64,000 bases of DNA from the NCBI GenBank assembly GCA_020137815.1, contig CM035352.1, forward strand, positions 3,100,001 through 3,164,000. The letters run 5' to 3'. Positions within the stretch are counted from its first letter, which is position 1. Every line of letters starts with the position of its first letter. The position numbers were made by a program, and so were the translations under genes. The notes beneath the pieces were generated by a model that worked only from the letters and a program-made list of their open reading frames with translations, was not told the origin of the DNA and ran no database searches. This document shows positions 23,476 through 37,217 of the stretch, piece after piece. Source of the DNA: Hormiphora californensis. Lineage: Eukaryota; Animalia; Ctenophora.

Positions 23476-25959
23476 AAAGACTGACACCGGTTACGATTCT
23501 GTAATAAAGTTTATTTATCAAGTTTAATTTCATTACCAAAGTTACAGTCTAGTTACAGTAACGGTTACAGTTATGCATAACTGTAAATTGTAACTGTAAC
23601 TGATACAGTGTAACTGATACAGTGTAACTGACAACCGTCCAATGTCCATTGCCTTTTCTAACTTCTGACCGTTTCTGCTATGCCCTTTCAGTTGGTTGGT
23701 TGGTTGGTGAATGGTGATGACATTCTACCAAGTTCTTTGAGCGGTGTGACGTCCAAACTGCTTACCCCAATACCCCAATCACTTGCGTGAAAGAGAACAG
23801 AATGTCAATGGTTGTCATATTGTCATAATGCAACGCAGTCTGAACATGTCAACAGAATGGTCCTCTTTGATACGGAACTTCCTTGATCCTTTGCTTCAAG
23901 AGAATGTGAAGACATTAGTTCTCACTATCAGTTAGCCAGTTCATTATTCATTAACTGGGCCGCTCCATGATAATGTACGATAGAAATGGGAATGAAGTAC
24001 GTTGCCCTGGCAACCTAGTGGTCGCATTAGCTCCACGAAGAGAGTTATTACTGGTTAGTGAATCACTAGTTCTTTTCATTAAATTCTTACTTAATATTAC
24101 TTATCAAACTACCATTATAATCATCCCACAATCTATTAACTAGTTACGGTTACAACTCCTGAAATGCAGTTGGTATTTTGAGCAGTTCAGATGAAATTAC
24201 AATGTCGGCGTAATTTGAAGTGGTCTTCTGGGAGCCTTTAACTGAATTCCATACAACTCTCAAGTCCTCAATATATAACTCTCATCTTTCCAGTTGTTTT
24301 TCCCTTATAAACTAAGACTATAGATCTGTCCCATCTGGCTCTTACATGACATATATAATGTTTACTATTGCAGCAGCTCTCTAGCTAGAAGTAAATAAGA
24401 ATAGGAGTTTGTATCTCTCTCTTATTGTATATTCAATATTCATCTGTTCTCACTGTGCTGCCTCTTTCATAAACTCCCTTTAATCGGCCGCTTAGATCAA
24501 CCTCTCTCGCTCTGCTCATTATAATGAATGAGTCCATTAAAATGTAACCATTTAGCTGTTATAATATAACTTATATAAGTTGTATACAGATTTATGTAGT
24601 GTGATATAGCTCTTGTGTATGGACAACATGTGAATTATATTGTGGCTGGGTCCGCTTAACCCAAGCAATCAAGCAGTCCTCTGATATTTCTTTTTTCTAT
24701 CACAGTCTCTAGATAAAGTCACTTGACACTGCATGTCCTTGCTACGCGATCAATTCAATAACAGTAACTCAATGGGTATTTGAACTAAGCTTTCTGAAGA
24801 CTACTGAATAGTGCATGTGAAGCGTGATTCTTTGTAAAAATATCCGCGGCAAAGTTGTTTACTAACTTTGTTTATGTGGTCAGTGCAGTTCAGCATCTAT
24901 AATATTTTGCTTACTGCTCTTATTTCTAGGCGTAAAAAGGCCATCTTGTTGTTGATGTAAACAATACAAAAAACATGCTAACTTGGACATCCTTGCCTTC
25001 CAACAAAGTGATAGGCGGTTTTCTTTGAGCCAGTCTGCTTTACAGATTCAGATTCAGGAGTAACCTCTTCCTACCTTCCTACCTCTCTGAGTTACGTCAC
25101 TGGCCCTGTTATACATCATAGGGATTGCCGGTTCTAGGACAAAGTCCCCCGATCCTGGCAGTAGCTCTCTTGCCCGCTTAGTATCCGGTTACATTGTAGC
25201 TCTACTTACACATTAGTAATTCCTTTTGGCATTGATCCCCTACTTCTTGGGACGAGTAGGGCAATTTATTTCCACAGGATGGAATATGTCAGCTAATTGA
25301 GATCCCATCACAATTGACAATTAATACTAAACTGAAATGCTGTTTTTCTTCTCCAATAGAGCACAGCTTTATATTGATTGGTTAGTGGTTACTGTTAGTA
25401 ACGACTCTCAATCATAAGCTTAGTGAAACTGAACACATGCTATATTATTAGAGTGACATCATGCCTCATACCACATTATACTTTATCCATGAGAGAGTGT
25501 GTGTGTCTAGTAGAGAGGGGTAGTTGAGAGAGGGAGGGATTGTCTTGGGTTGTTGAGAGAGATCACTGCTCTCTCTCTCTCTCCTAACTACCTCTGACTG
25601 ATCTCAGATCAGACACCTCAACGGTAGTAGTTGAGGTGTCTGATCTCTCCCTCTGTTATAGTTGAGATTAGCCAAGTTTGTCATGCCAGGATTTAATTTG
25701 TTACACTGTATGCACTTGCCCTTAACAGGAGATAGAACGAAGGAGATGAGGTGCGGACTGCGTAATGGTAGCCAAGTGAGCAGGAGATTGTAGAGTGACT
25801 GAGCGATGATAGAGGAGAGAAGCAGATGAGAGAGGAGAAGAGTAGGAGAGAGGAGACGAGAAGAGGAGAGAGAGAGAGATGAGAAGAGGGAGAGAGAAGA
25901 GAAGAAGAGAGAAAGAAGAGATATGCTCAGAGTGTAGAGTCCTCCACGAAGATTGCAGG

Positions 25960-27655
25960 AGGTAATGTCTTCCCAACTCCGCACGGTAAAGATGCCATCC
26001 AGCTTGAGTGCCTCCTCACGCACTACATTAACACACTACAGGAACAGGTTCAATTTCACTGACACGGTCACTCGAAGATCTACCATAGCAATTATGGGTT
26101 GGATCACTCCAAGGTTTATAAATCCTACCAACGAATACGATTTATAAGCACTATTATTGACCTCCTACAGAGTTGTGTCAGAGCGCACTTCGGCTGGTAG
26201 TGGGAGTATGGAGTGAGTCCGCAGACTTGAGCACCTGGAATCAGTAGGACTAGAAGCAGTAGGAGCATCGATGAGGAGTCCTATACTCAACACGGGAGTC
26301 CCATCCTCGCCCCAATTGATATGTAATTACAGTCGCTGGCAATGTCATTTGGTCAACATTGTCCCTCACGCAGCTAGACAGCTCAGGTACTCACTATTAT
26401 CGGGGTACAATGACCTTAACAACTGCAACAATAACACTCTAGAAATCCTCAGGATATTGTTCGCCTCCTTCCAAAGATTCAGTATTTTTGAAGCATCTAC
26501 TACACAGACCTGGTCGTACCCACCCTTGTGCCTCTGAGCCAAAGAGGCAAAGAGCTATTATACCTCATGATCCAAATAATAAGTGAGATAATTAATAACT
26601 GTACCATTCATCAAGACCTTCTCCAACTCCATCTCGGCGTCTAGATCTCCTATGTAGGTCAACGGCTACCACCGAAGTCGGTCAAAGTACCCGCCAAGCC
26701 ATGGCAGATAACTCAGTTTCCACCACCACCGTGACCCCACAACTGCCCCGCCCGCACACAAACCGGCCATGAAGAGTGCTAGAAGCGAGGATATTCAGAT
26801 TCCAAATCCAAGATGAGGTCACCACACACGCGTTATAAACCAGAAAGACTATACTACGACGACTATAGTACAAACAAATCTTCTGCAGACACTCAGTCTC
26901 CTAAATGCATTCTGGTTAAAAGCTTCGTTTGGCGGCCCATACCCCATTGATCTAAATTCGCTGACGCACAGTGCGCTCAGATGGGGCCCGACGGACTCCG
27001 GGCCCAGATAGTGTTGAAATCAGTGGCACCAACCTCATGTAAAAGGTAGCCAGTTTTTGGACCATTCCTAAGACACAATCCAGATGATATTTTGAGGTGC
27101 AGTAGATTTATGGTTCATTGAAAACATTGCGATGCGGATCTTGGACCGTAATGTAGTAGGACTCACCATAACTTCAGAAGATGATCAGGCTGTGCTTCAA
27201 ATTCCCGTAAAGGAAACAATGAACCTGTGTTTGTTTTTCATGACCCTATGCCCTATGGCCACTGTAAGTCTGAGAGTGGAAAAATTTTGAACATAAATTT
27301 TATTGTTAATTTATTTGAAACGTTGAGCTAGTAAAATGACTTTCAATTTTACTTGAGCGGTCCTGACCGAATTGAACTACTTCAAGTTCAAGTTCAAGAA
27401 TCATAACAGCTTCAGCACCGCAGTGACACGTCCATGATGTTCAGAGTCTAGTGGGAGAACCCGAGAACGAGGATCAGGGAAGTGGTCAGTGGCACTGGGA
27501 CTGACATGTTCCCAGACTATCGGCTATCACACCGGTGTACGAGCTTACACGAACGACGGACTTTATTAGCATGCAGATGGGTCAGGTCGAACTCAAGCTG
27601 GGACTGACTGGATGGACTGGGCTAGGGGGGGGCTGGGACTGGGACTGGGACTGGG
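25960..27655. repeat. Diverged local duplication, copy 1 (copy 2 at ~28995-31620)
   Basis: Collinear shared words throughout; ~27220-27560 nearly identical to ~31180-31485. Confidence 0.75.
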
Positions 27656-28994
27656 GTTGTTTTCTTCCTCCTCTAACCCTCATGACCTCTTCTCTGAATA
27701 GAGATACCCCGGCCGGTATTACACCATCTCCCCAGCCTTGTGCACTGGGCCAAAGTAGATGGCTAAATACCGGCCAAAACCCGTCCTCCAGCAAAAGTCC
27801 AGGCTGGAGGAGGTCTAATCTCAACTGGCCCACCTCTACCTTCTGTCCACCTAGCCTCTGGACAGGTATAAAAGGTCTAACAAGCTAGGTCATAACTGGT
27901 TAGCTACCACCGACACTCGGCAAAATTCCCACGCCGAGGTCGAGATAAACTCAAGGGGTGTTTCCGTAGCCCAACAGGGAGAAACTACACTAACCAGTAG
28001 CCTCGCTACTACCTACGCTTCTTCAAAAGTCCATGAGAAGCGTAGGATATTCCCAAATGGCGATTACCCCCCAAACGATGAAGGTAACAAACCAACATCA
28101 TCACTCTCTACTAACAAACAAGCCTCCACAAAAACCTGATCAACAAACAGAACAAACCACTATCCCATGCTACAAAACAAATTTCTATGAGTGACGCACA
28201 TAGATACCTAACCCACTAAACATTTCACACGCCAGAGTTCCGTTAATTGGGAAGGAACCTGCCCTAACTACCCCATGAACGGCCGGACGCTGCATCTGCA
28301 TCACGAACAAAAAGTGATGTTCCATGAACCCACATGGAGTACTGATTACAAATCAGAGGTTGGCAGCGCAAAATCTACAAAGGTGCCATAGTCAATGGAG
28401 CGTCCGAATTGTCCTAGCCAAGGCCACATCTAGAGCGATCAATGCTGAGATGCCACTCACCAAGGGTCGCTGGAGATATCCGAGACTGGCACAATGTGAA
28501 AACAGTGCTGGTGCGGTCCTCTTCATGGGACCTGTTAAGATAGTTATGGGAGACGATTCCACCCTTATCTCCAAAACCATGGACATAAGACGGAGGAAGA
28601 AAACTCTCCCGGGGGAAAGAGGAAACTCTGGAACCTGAGCTCCGTCCTTCTCGGGCGTGAGGAACTGGCTGCCGGACGGGATAAAATCTCAAGTAGAGGA
28701 TTGGAAGCGGAGGCGCATACAACAACAACAACAACAACTGAACGACAGACAATGACAGACAATGACAGACAAACTACATATTAACAGGTAGACTGACAGA
28801 CAGACTATTTCTTATCTGTTTGGGTATATTCTGCATAGTTGATAGTAGTTGGAGTGTTGGTTTTAGGTACGTGGGGTCCACAAAGAAAGGTCGTGCGAGG
28901 GCAGGTTTAGAATTACGGGGCAAATTTACAAAGGGTCGAGACGATCACAGATCAAACACACGAGAAATTACCTCCTTCCCTCGTTTTGCCAGGC

Positions 28995-31620
28995 TCAATG
29001 TCTTCCTCCCAACTCCCACGGCTGAAGGATGCCATCCAGTTGCGGCATACCGACACAACCAACATTACCCACTACCAAGCACAGGTTTGCTATTTCACTG
29101 GACCACGGCAGCTCGACAGACACCACTAGATAATTCTGGGTTGTCACTCCAAATGGTTTATTAAATCCATACCAAATGGTTTATTAAATCCTCTATTACT
29201 TTCCTTCTATCGCAGTTTTGTTTCAGAGTGCACTTGAGCTGAGGTTGGAGAGTATGGATGGAGATCCCAGAACTCTGAGCACTGGAATCAGTAGTCTCCC
29301 CAGCCCCGTCAGGGACGAGAGGTATTCAGGTATAATACATAGCACGTTCTGCCCCACCACGGCCCTTGATTTCAGTGATGTTGCCATGCAGTCTGCATGG
29401 CAACATGGCCCTCACTTATCCATAACTTTTCTAGCATGTCATTGCAGCCCAACAGTTTGTGCCCCCTCTCAGCTAGACAGCTAGTACTTACTACTTGTAT
29501 TTATATTATCAGTGCCTTACAACAAATGCTAACAACTAACACTTCTAGATCCAGGAAACATAATGTTCGCCCAGTACCTGCAAAGGGATTCAGTAGAGTT
29601 ATGCCGCGTTCTACAACACAGACCTGGTTCCGTACCTACCTCGTTTCTCTACCCAAAGGGCCCAAAGTGAGCTATTATATTCATGATACCAAATTATATT
29701 TTAAGTTAAATAGTTATAATAACACTGTACATTTCAGTCCAAGAACCTATCTCCAACTCCATTCTCGGTCATCTCGATCTCCTATTGGGTCCCGGCACTC
29801 AGCACGAAGTCGGTCAGCAGTACCCGCCAAAGTCATGGCAGTATCCTTCTCACCACCACCCGTGCCCCCAGCAACTGCCCCGCCCCAGACAAGAAACCGG
29901 CCAGTGAGGAGTGCTACAACAAGGAGGATTCAGATTCCAAATTCCTGCTCCCCGCGCGTACCCAGAAAGCATACTAGCCGGGTAGTGAACAACAGCTTCT
30001 GCAGACCACTTCCAGTGTCTTATAATGGGTTCCTGGTTGAAACCTGTACGGCGGCGCCATACTGATACCCCATTTGATTCTCAAATTGCGCTCAGATGGG
30101 GTCGCGGCGCCAGACAGGTTGAAACAGTACGACTCCTGAGGGTGTGCTATTTTTTTCCCAACTCATAAATCAAATCCAATTTTCACAAAGTTTACCCCTA
30201 GAATGAGTTCCTACGATCATTCTAAAACATTTGGTAAAAAAATTTTAGTCCTACCCTGGCCCAATTACGTGGGCCGATGTATGCCCATATATGGGCATAT
30301 TCATATCAAAAAATGTTTTTTGGGGCGTTATTTCGAAAAAAACCACACATATGAATCGCCTCATGAGAACCAGTACAACCATTATTTCCAGTATGCATCT
30401 TCAGAACTCCATTTTATAATGAAAAATTTATTTTTTTTCATCTTTTTTTCTTGCACATTTTCCTACTTTGCAGTATTAGTGGAGACGAATTTTAACTTTT
30501 TGAGATTTTATTTGTCGGAAAGCAAATTCCGGTTGTAACCGACTAATTTTGACCTGCTGAACAAGATCCCGTTCATGAAAAAGCTCTCAAAATTGAAGAA
30601 AATGACCAAAATGAACATTTTTAGTCAAAAATGAACATTTTTGGTCCAAAATGAACATGTTCAGGTCAAAAATGAACTTTGGCTAACATGATACACATCC
30701 ATTCTGATCGGTATCAAACCGCTGAACACGACCCTGACCATAAAAATTTGATATCAAGAACATGCCAAACACTGGTGTAAAACACAAATATTTTCCTTTT
30801 TTCGGTAAAAAAGTAAACTTTTTTAATCGCCTGGCCCACGTAATTGACATACACTACCCCAATTCCGATTTCAGGATGTAGTAGACAATTGTCCATAGTT
30901 TCATATCTACCATTAAACTATTAGTATTGGCCAAGTCGACAAAATTTTCACTTAGCACACCCTACTCCTCATGTACAAAGGATAGCCAAGTTTGGGATCC
31001 TATTCCTAAGACACAATCCAGTTGATATTTTGATGAGCAGCTTAGGATATCTATTTGTTTCTAAACTTTGCATGCTGGATTTTGACCGTATGAGTAGGTC
31101 ACATAAAAACTTAGAAGATATCCGGCTTGTCTTCACTCTTCATTTCGAGGCCGTAAACCGGTAAAGTGCAATGCAATAAACCTGTGTTTGTTTTTCATGA
31201 CTCTGTGGCCACTGTAAGTCTGAGAGTGGAAAAATTTTGAACATGAATTTTATTGTTAATTTATTTGAAATGTTGAGCTAGTAAAATGACTTTCAATTTT
31301 ACTTGAGCGGTCCTGACCGTATTGAACTACTTCAACTTCAACTCATAACAGCTTCAGCAGCGACACGAGAGGGTCCATCATGTTCAGAGGGAGAATGAGG
31401 ATCAGGTGGTCAGTGGCACTGGGATTGACATGTTCCCAGACTATCGGCTATCACACCGGTGTGAGCTTACACGAACGACGGACTTATACTTAGTATAAAG
31501 TAACTTAGCATGGCAAGACTGGGTCAGGGACTCCGGACTCAGTGCAGTGGCTCAGTGGCTAGTGGCTCAGTGGCTCAGATACTGGGACTGGGACTGGGAC
31601 TGGTACTGGGACTGGGACTG
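28995..31620. repeat. Diverged local duplication, copy 2, carrying a transposon insertion
   Basis: Collinear with 25960-27655 apart from the 30138-30963 insertion. Confidence 0.75.
30138..30963. mobile_element. ~825-bp non-autonomous DNA transposon with short TIRs
   Basis: AGGGTGTGCTA / TAGCACACCCT; ACTCCT on both flanks; absent from the paralogous site near 27030. Confidence 0.75.
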
Positions 31621-32148
31621 GAAGTGTGGGACTGGGACTTGGAGTTGGACTAGTGTGGGACTGGGACTTGAAATTAAACTTGGACTTGAACTGAGATTGG
31701 GAGAATTTGTTGTTCACGCCTTACTAAACAAGGGAGAATCGAGATTGAGCTGTCAGCTGACACATTACGGAAAATTGGAAGAAGCGGAAAATTAATGAAT
31801 ACGCTGCAGTTAACCGCCGCGCGCGGAGAACTAAAATGTTGCGCCGCGCATAATCTTAGAAAATTTCACATGTTTTTTAAAACTTGTTAAAAACTTGTTT
31901 TAAAAAATGTCTCTTGATCTGGCCAGCGTTAAAAACTGGGTGTTTACTGTTTCGTGAGTGCTGACAAACGGTTTTTAGGGTTAGGGCTAAAGTAGGGTTA
32001 GGGGTTGGGTTGGGGTTAGGACTTGACATTTCCTACTAGACAAACTTTGAATTAGCCAAAACGGCTGAGTGGTTTCAGGTTTGAGTGACTCCAATGTGCT
32101 AGGTTTTGTTCTCAAATCAATAACCGAAATTCCCTACCCCAACTTCAG

Positions 32149-33468
32149 ATGTCAGATCCAGAACTCATGACAGTCGGCGAAGGCCTGGCATTCGGTTCGA
32201 TCCACTATTCGTCTCTCCAAGACATCGAAATAGCGGTGATCGCATTAAAAGAACTTTCTGCATTACTTGAAGAAGTTTATGATCTGCAAGAGGAGAGCAT
32301 CCTTGATCGAATAGAGATGCACGGAGATAAGAAGATGGTCTATCTTATGAAATCACTTCTGTCGGAGAGAGATAGACTGCTTTTTGAAGATGGTATAGAT
32401 TATTTTGGGAATAAGAGGAGCCAGTTTATCAACCAGTGTAGGGAAGTTTTCCATGGTCTCAGCCCCAAGGATTGGATAGCTGAGATACGACCTGAAAGGA
32501 AAAGTTCGTGTATTCCCAAACCAAACAGAAATTCTGTATTTCAGGTATTAAGGGGGTGTTCTGTTAGTCTTTCTTGATAGGGAAACTACATTTTGAATAT
32601 ATTCCGTTTCTAGTTCATGTCCTATAGTTCATACTTTATACAGTGTCAGGTAAGTCAAGTCCTCTCTCCTCCGCAGGATATAACATATATTGATTACGAC
32701 AGCTGTGAAGATATCACTCTGGTTGTTAAGGTAACGAAACGCCTCGACAGAATCCTTCGTGACCAGTACTGCATCCGGAAATTTACCCTACACAGCAAGG
32801 TCCAAGCTCTCCCTGAGTGTGACCTGAAAAGGAAAACTCTTAGCTTAGTGGGTGTTGGTGCACCGATATTAGAGGAACGGGACACTAACAATCTCCCTCA
32901 TCGAGAGTGGTATATTAAAATGGCCCGGTATGTCCTCTACTACTTGACAGAGGGTGACATCCTGAATATTGAGTCTGTGTCCCAGCAAAACCTGACAACT
33001 TCTAACAACCTCACGGAGTCCACATTCACAATCCCAGCCCAGCCGGGACATAGAGCGGCCAGTTATGCAACTTATGACATGCTGACAAGTCACGACGAAC
33101 AGTCCAGTACCAATTACACATTTGAGGAAGGTGGAGGGAGGTTTGGGGATGCAGGGAGGTTTGATACCTCAACTAGGATGAGTGAGATGCCTCTTAGTCC
33201 ACCACCGGAACAGTTTCGGTATCCAGTAGGGTCAGGTAAATACCATCCCGTTATGGAATCACCGGGTCGCTCAAGGAAGCTAAGTATCGATGTGATCGCC
33301 CCCACGGACGCGGAAAGGGCTAAAAAGTTGAGGAGAGAAATCCGATTGGCGGAACGAAACTCGCGGTGCATCAGATGTTGTAGAAACTTTTTAATTGCGA
33401 TGGTGGTGGCTGGGGCAACACTCGGTATTGCATATCTCATATTGAAACAATTCACAGGCATAATTTGA
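32149..33468 (+). CDS. Unknown tail-anchored membrane protein; exon 1 32149-32544, exon 2 from 32644 (or 32677) to 33468
   Basis: Two long ORFs joined in phase 0 by CAG|GTATTA..CAG; single C-terminal hydrophobic helix preceded by CIRCC. Confidence 0.75.
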
Positions 33469-33717
33469 AGCATTTTTATCTCACAATCACAATTTAACCG
33501 ATGTTTTAGCTTTTTGATTGAAACTATTTTATACCAGAGTTTATTTTACCCAGATACATTAGTCTTTTATCTCTGTACACTTGTTATGTAATCTGTATTA
33601 GGAATGATTTGATCTGTTTTTATAAAAGATTCCGTGTTTTCCTTGAATGTATCCAGTATCAGACAAATTGTTACATAATATCCTATTTCTGTATAGTACA
33701 AAGACAATCATGGTAAA

Positions 33718-34750
33718 ATGACAGATACAACAGAAAAACTTCGTGTGCTAGTACTTGGTAAGTTGTTAGCACTTTCTAGTTCAATCTAGATTTAGTACAA
33801 CAAGTACTACAACTTCCCAAATCGATATCTAAACGATCTAAAGCCTTTCAAAAATCAACATACCCTATTTTCCCTCTTTCGTGTTAACTCGTTTAAAACA
33901 GGTTTTGAGCAGTTCAAATAGTCCTCTCTTTCCAGGTGATTCGGGTGTGGGCAAGTCCTCTCTGGTCAGCTTGATAGAGGACGGGCCCCAGAAGTCTCAG
34001 TGGACGGTAGGGTGTAATGTGGAGGTCATTCTACATGAAACACCCGGTAAGTCGGGGCTGATACCTCCTATTAACCTGCTATACACACCGATTTAGAGCT
34101 GTTACTCTCTGGGCACTGTTGTCAAAATCAAACTCCCCGTTTTATGATTGCATCAGTACTTTCCCCGCACCAAGATTAACACCACTCTCTATCTCCCGAC
34201 AGAGTTTTCAGAGTTTATAGAGCTGTGGGATATCGGGGGAAGTGTGGTTCACGAGAATAGTCGGAGTGTTTTCTACCGAAACCAATACCATGGTCTCATC
34301 TTGGTGCACGACCTTACCAACAGTAAGAGCTATACCAACATGATAAAGTGGGCCCTGGAGTATGTCAACGGGGGGACAACACGCCGACGAATGACGAGAG
34401 AAGCAGAGTCGAACCTCCTGAAACAAATTGAAATCCCCAAGTTGGTGGTGGGTACAAAACAGGATCATTTGTGGAGTAGGAGCAGATACAGCGCGGATCG
34501 GACGGGGCTGATGGCTGACCTAGGAGCACAGAGTATCAGTGTGAATTGTGTGGAGCCCGCCCAGTATAGAGGCAGTTACCAGGAGCAGCAGATTTCAAAC
34601 TTTCTCACGCAGGTCGTGAGACACAAAAGACAGGCTTCCAACCGGTTTAACCGGCCATTTCGGACTAGTAACAGTGTGAGTCCTACTACTAGTGGTAGTG
34701 GCAGCACTAAGGGCATGTTTTCATCTTTTGACCTTGGGTTTTCCTTCTAA
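33718..34750 (+). CDS. RABL3: Rab-like protein 3 homologue; exons 33718-33757, 33936-34046, 34203 (or 34212)-34750
   Basis: LRVLVLG-DSGVGKSSL P-loop, WTVGCNVEV, FIELWDIGGS, GLILVHDLTNSKS, VVGTKQD; canonical splice sites in frame. Confidence 0.92.
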
Positions 34751-35185
34751 AAAAGTGTTGTTGTGTATTTGTTGTCTGTAAAATTCCATGTGTGTAGTTA
34801 TATTGAATGAAATACTGAGTATATGTCTGTGTTCCCGAAATCGCGTTCCTGAAATATCTTACATTCCTTATAGGATCGTCATGATGAATGTGATCTAACA
34901 CACAAAAACACGCCCCCACTCAACAACTCGATAATCTACTACCTGGAGGACCTGAAGACGACGCAGTAGAGAGGTATGTGTTGTGTTGTGTACCGTGCGG
35001 GCCACCTGCTGTCACACTTTTGTGGAGTCATGTTTGTAACGCGCGATAAGACGACTGTGATCTAAAACGCGCGCAACTCACTCACCCGTTCCAGCAATCG
35101 TCAGTCAATCTCACATTTTGTCTAAAATTTCAAATAGAAACAATCCTTGTGAGTTGATAATCATATTAATTTTCCTACACATATC

Positions 35186-36322
35186 TCATATCAATGAATC
35201 TAAACATTCTCGGATTGTACGTAAGGGCTGCGAGTTATCACTCTCGGTGACAGACAGGGCGAGGGGAATGGCGACTGCACGGTTAGTAGTCGCATTATTA
35301 AAAGTTTTCAACGCTGTACTTCCATTACCATTGTTCGCTCCACACGAGATCAACCCAGCTACATGCCGTCTAAATGCAGTTGTCCTCCACAGATAAACGA
35401 GGGGGTTGAGTGCAGAGTTAAGGACCACTGTGAAGACAGCAACGCTTGTCGTGTAGTAGGGTGACTCCCTCATCAACAACTGGGTTGAGGGTGATAAGTG
35501 TCACCCAACCATTGATATACATGCTTATCAGCGCCTGGTTAAGACACGGTGGTATGTTTAGCACTATGTAGAGGGCTGTGAATATGAGGATTGTGACCGT
35601 TACTGTCATGGAATCCCGGGATAACCGTCGCGAGGGAAGGTGAAGGATAACAAGGGTGACCAGGCTGGAACCGAGGATTGGGATGATTAGAGAATACTGC
35701 TCAAAGTTGAATATGTTCCTGTAGATGCTGTTCTTAGTGCCATTCAGGAAATCTTTGCTGAAAAAGGCGCACAGCCCGTAGGTTGGGATCACGCTATATC
35801 CGTGATTTCCGTACTCGTTCTCCATGTAGAATGGGAATACATCCCTGTACCGTTACTGCCGCCCAATAGAACAGAACAACCCACACCAGCACCCATTTCT
35901 TTAGATACATCTTGGCAAAAGGGAATGTAATGCAGATACTTCTTGTTATGCTCAGGACAGCCACCATGAATATACTCATTAGTGTTGAGGTATACCAGAG
36001 AAGACCCCAAATGTTACAAAAAGTGGGGTTATCCATCAGTGATCCGCCCCGGGTGTTATTGGTAAATATGGCTGATGAATGGGAGAATTAGAAGAGAGAT
36101 GATGAGATCAAAAACAGCAATGAAGATGTAAATAACATTGGCTATGTCCTTTTTCCTGCTCAGAAAGAATTGGAGGGCGATTGCGTTACCGATGGTGCCC
36201 ACCGCTCCACACACGAGGCAGAAGCAGAAGCAGGCTATCTCGGCGATGGGGTTGATTCCGTCTGGGATGAAGTAGGGAGTGGAGTAGGTTGAGAGAGGGG
36301 GCGATGTGGTAGAGTTAACCAT
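35186..36322 (-). pseudogene. Intronless class-A-like GPCR broken by about three frameshifts
   Basis: Four consecutive ORF pieces give GTIGN (TM1), IAVFD (TM2), LSITRSICI (TM3), LNIP (TM6), NSALNPLVY (TM7); shifts near 36060, 35810 and 35480. Confidence 0.8.
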
Positions 36323-37029
36323 GGCTATGTGGGAAGAGGTCCGGGTTAGGGGTCACTTGCCTGGCTAGACTGTCTTTCGCACACTCCGGGGTTGAATAAA
36401 AAACAAGTGGTCACAATGTTATCATGTAAAGAGGTATGTCTTGTGTCGCCATGGGATGGGAAGTAGTTAATTCAGGGGGTAGTATCAACTAGGTATTAAC
36501 TAAAAGGGTATTAAAGTCCATGAAATCTCAAACATTTTTCATCAAGGAACTTTAGTTTGAAACATTCGACAACATGTTGCAATCATACATACTTTCTACT
36601 AATGATAAAGAACAATAACAGGATAGTCCGGGGGAGAGGGGACAATATATGTAGTACACTAATTATATAATTGCTAGAAGTGCATGAATATTCAATTTGA
36701 AATAGAGAAACAATGTGCATCAATTTAAGTCGGGAAGATCTGTGTCTCTGTACGCCTCATAGGCAAAGCAAGCCGCAAGGAATGTGTGACCACACACATG
36801 CAAATTTAGTGTTAGGGAATACCCCACCCTCTCAAATGAATATGGGGATATTACGTCACAACACACTGACGTAGAACCATCACTCTATGTGGTGCCTCTA
36901 TTATACCCGCCGCTGGCATACTATCTACTACTAGATATTATCTTTATTGAGTAGGATACAAATACAATTTAAACAAACAAGGCTCTTAAAGTGTTGTTTA
37001 TCATCATCACTACTACTCATGTCATAGCA

Positions 37030-37217
37030 TTACACGGTCGCTTGTAGTGGGAAAACGGTAATGGAAAACGGAGATACAGTAAGACGACACGCAACTGTGA
37101 CCAATCAGGCCGCTAGTACGTGCTGAACACATGCACTTTTTGCCGCGTGTTATGCAACGTGCGTGTCTCCTTACTGTATTTCCATTACGGTAATTTGACT
37201 ACAAGCAGCACTGTAAT
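37030..37217. mobile_element. Short imperfectly palindromic repeat element
   Basis: Inverted arms gcttgtagt..gtaatggaaa..tacagtaag / cttactgta tttccattac..actacaagc; internally deleted copy at ~57929-57977. Confidence 0.6.

Larger units (their letters stand above)
14740..23520 (+). mobile_element. 5'-truncated CR1-type LINE interrupted by a foldback element
   Basis: ORF2 piece ..KVNPRYFFS (to ~15009) continues as YAKRLSKVKSNIAPL.. at 21640 into the RT domain. Confidence 0.85.

Noticed and set aside
32644-32676. 6-nt microexon followed by a 27-nt GT-AG intron
   Set aside because: The intron would be implausibly short; more simply two alternative in-frame acceptors
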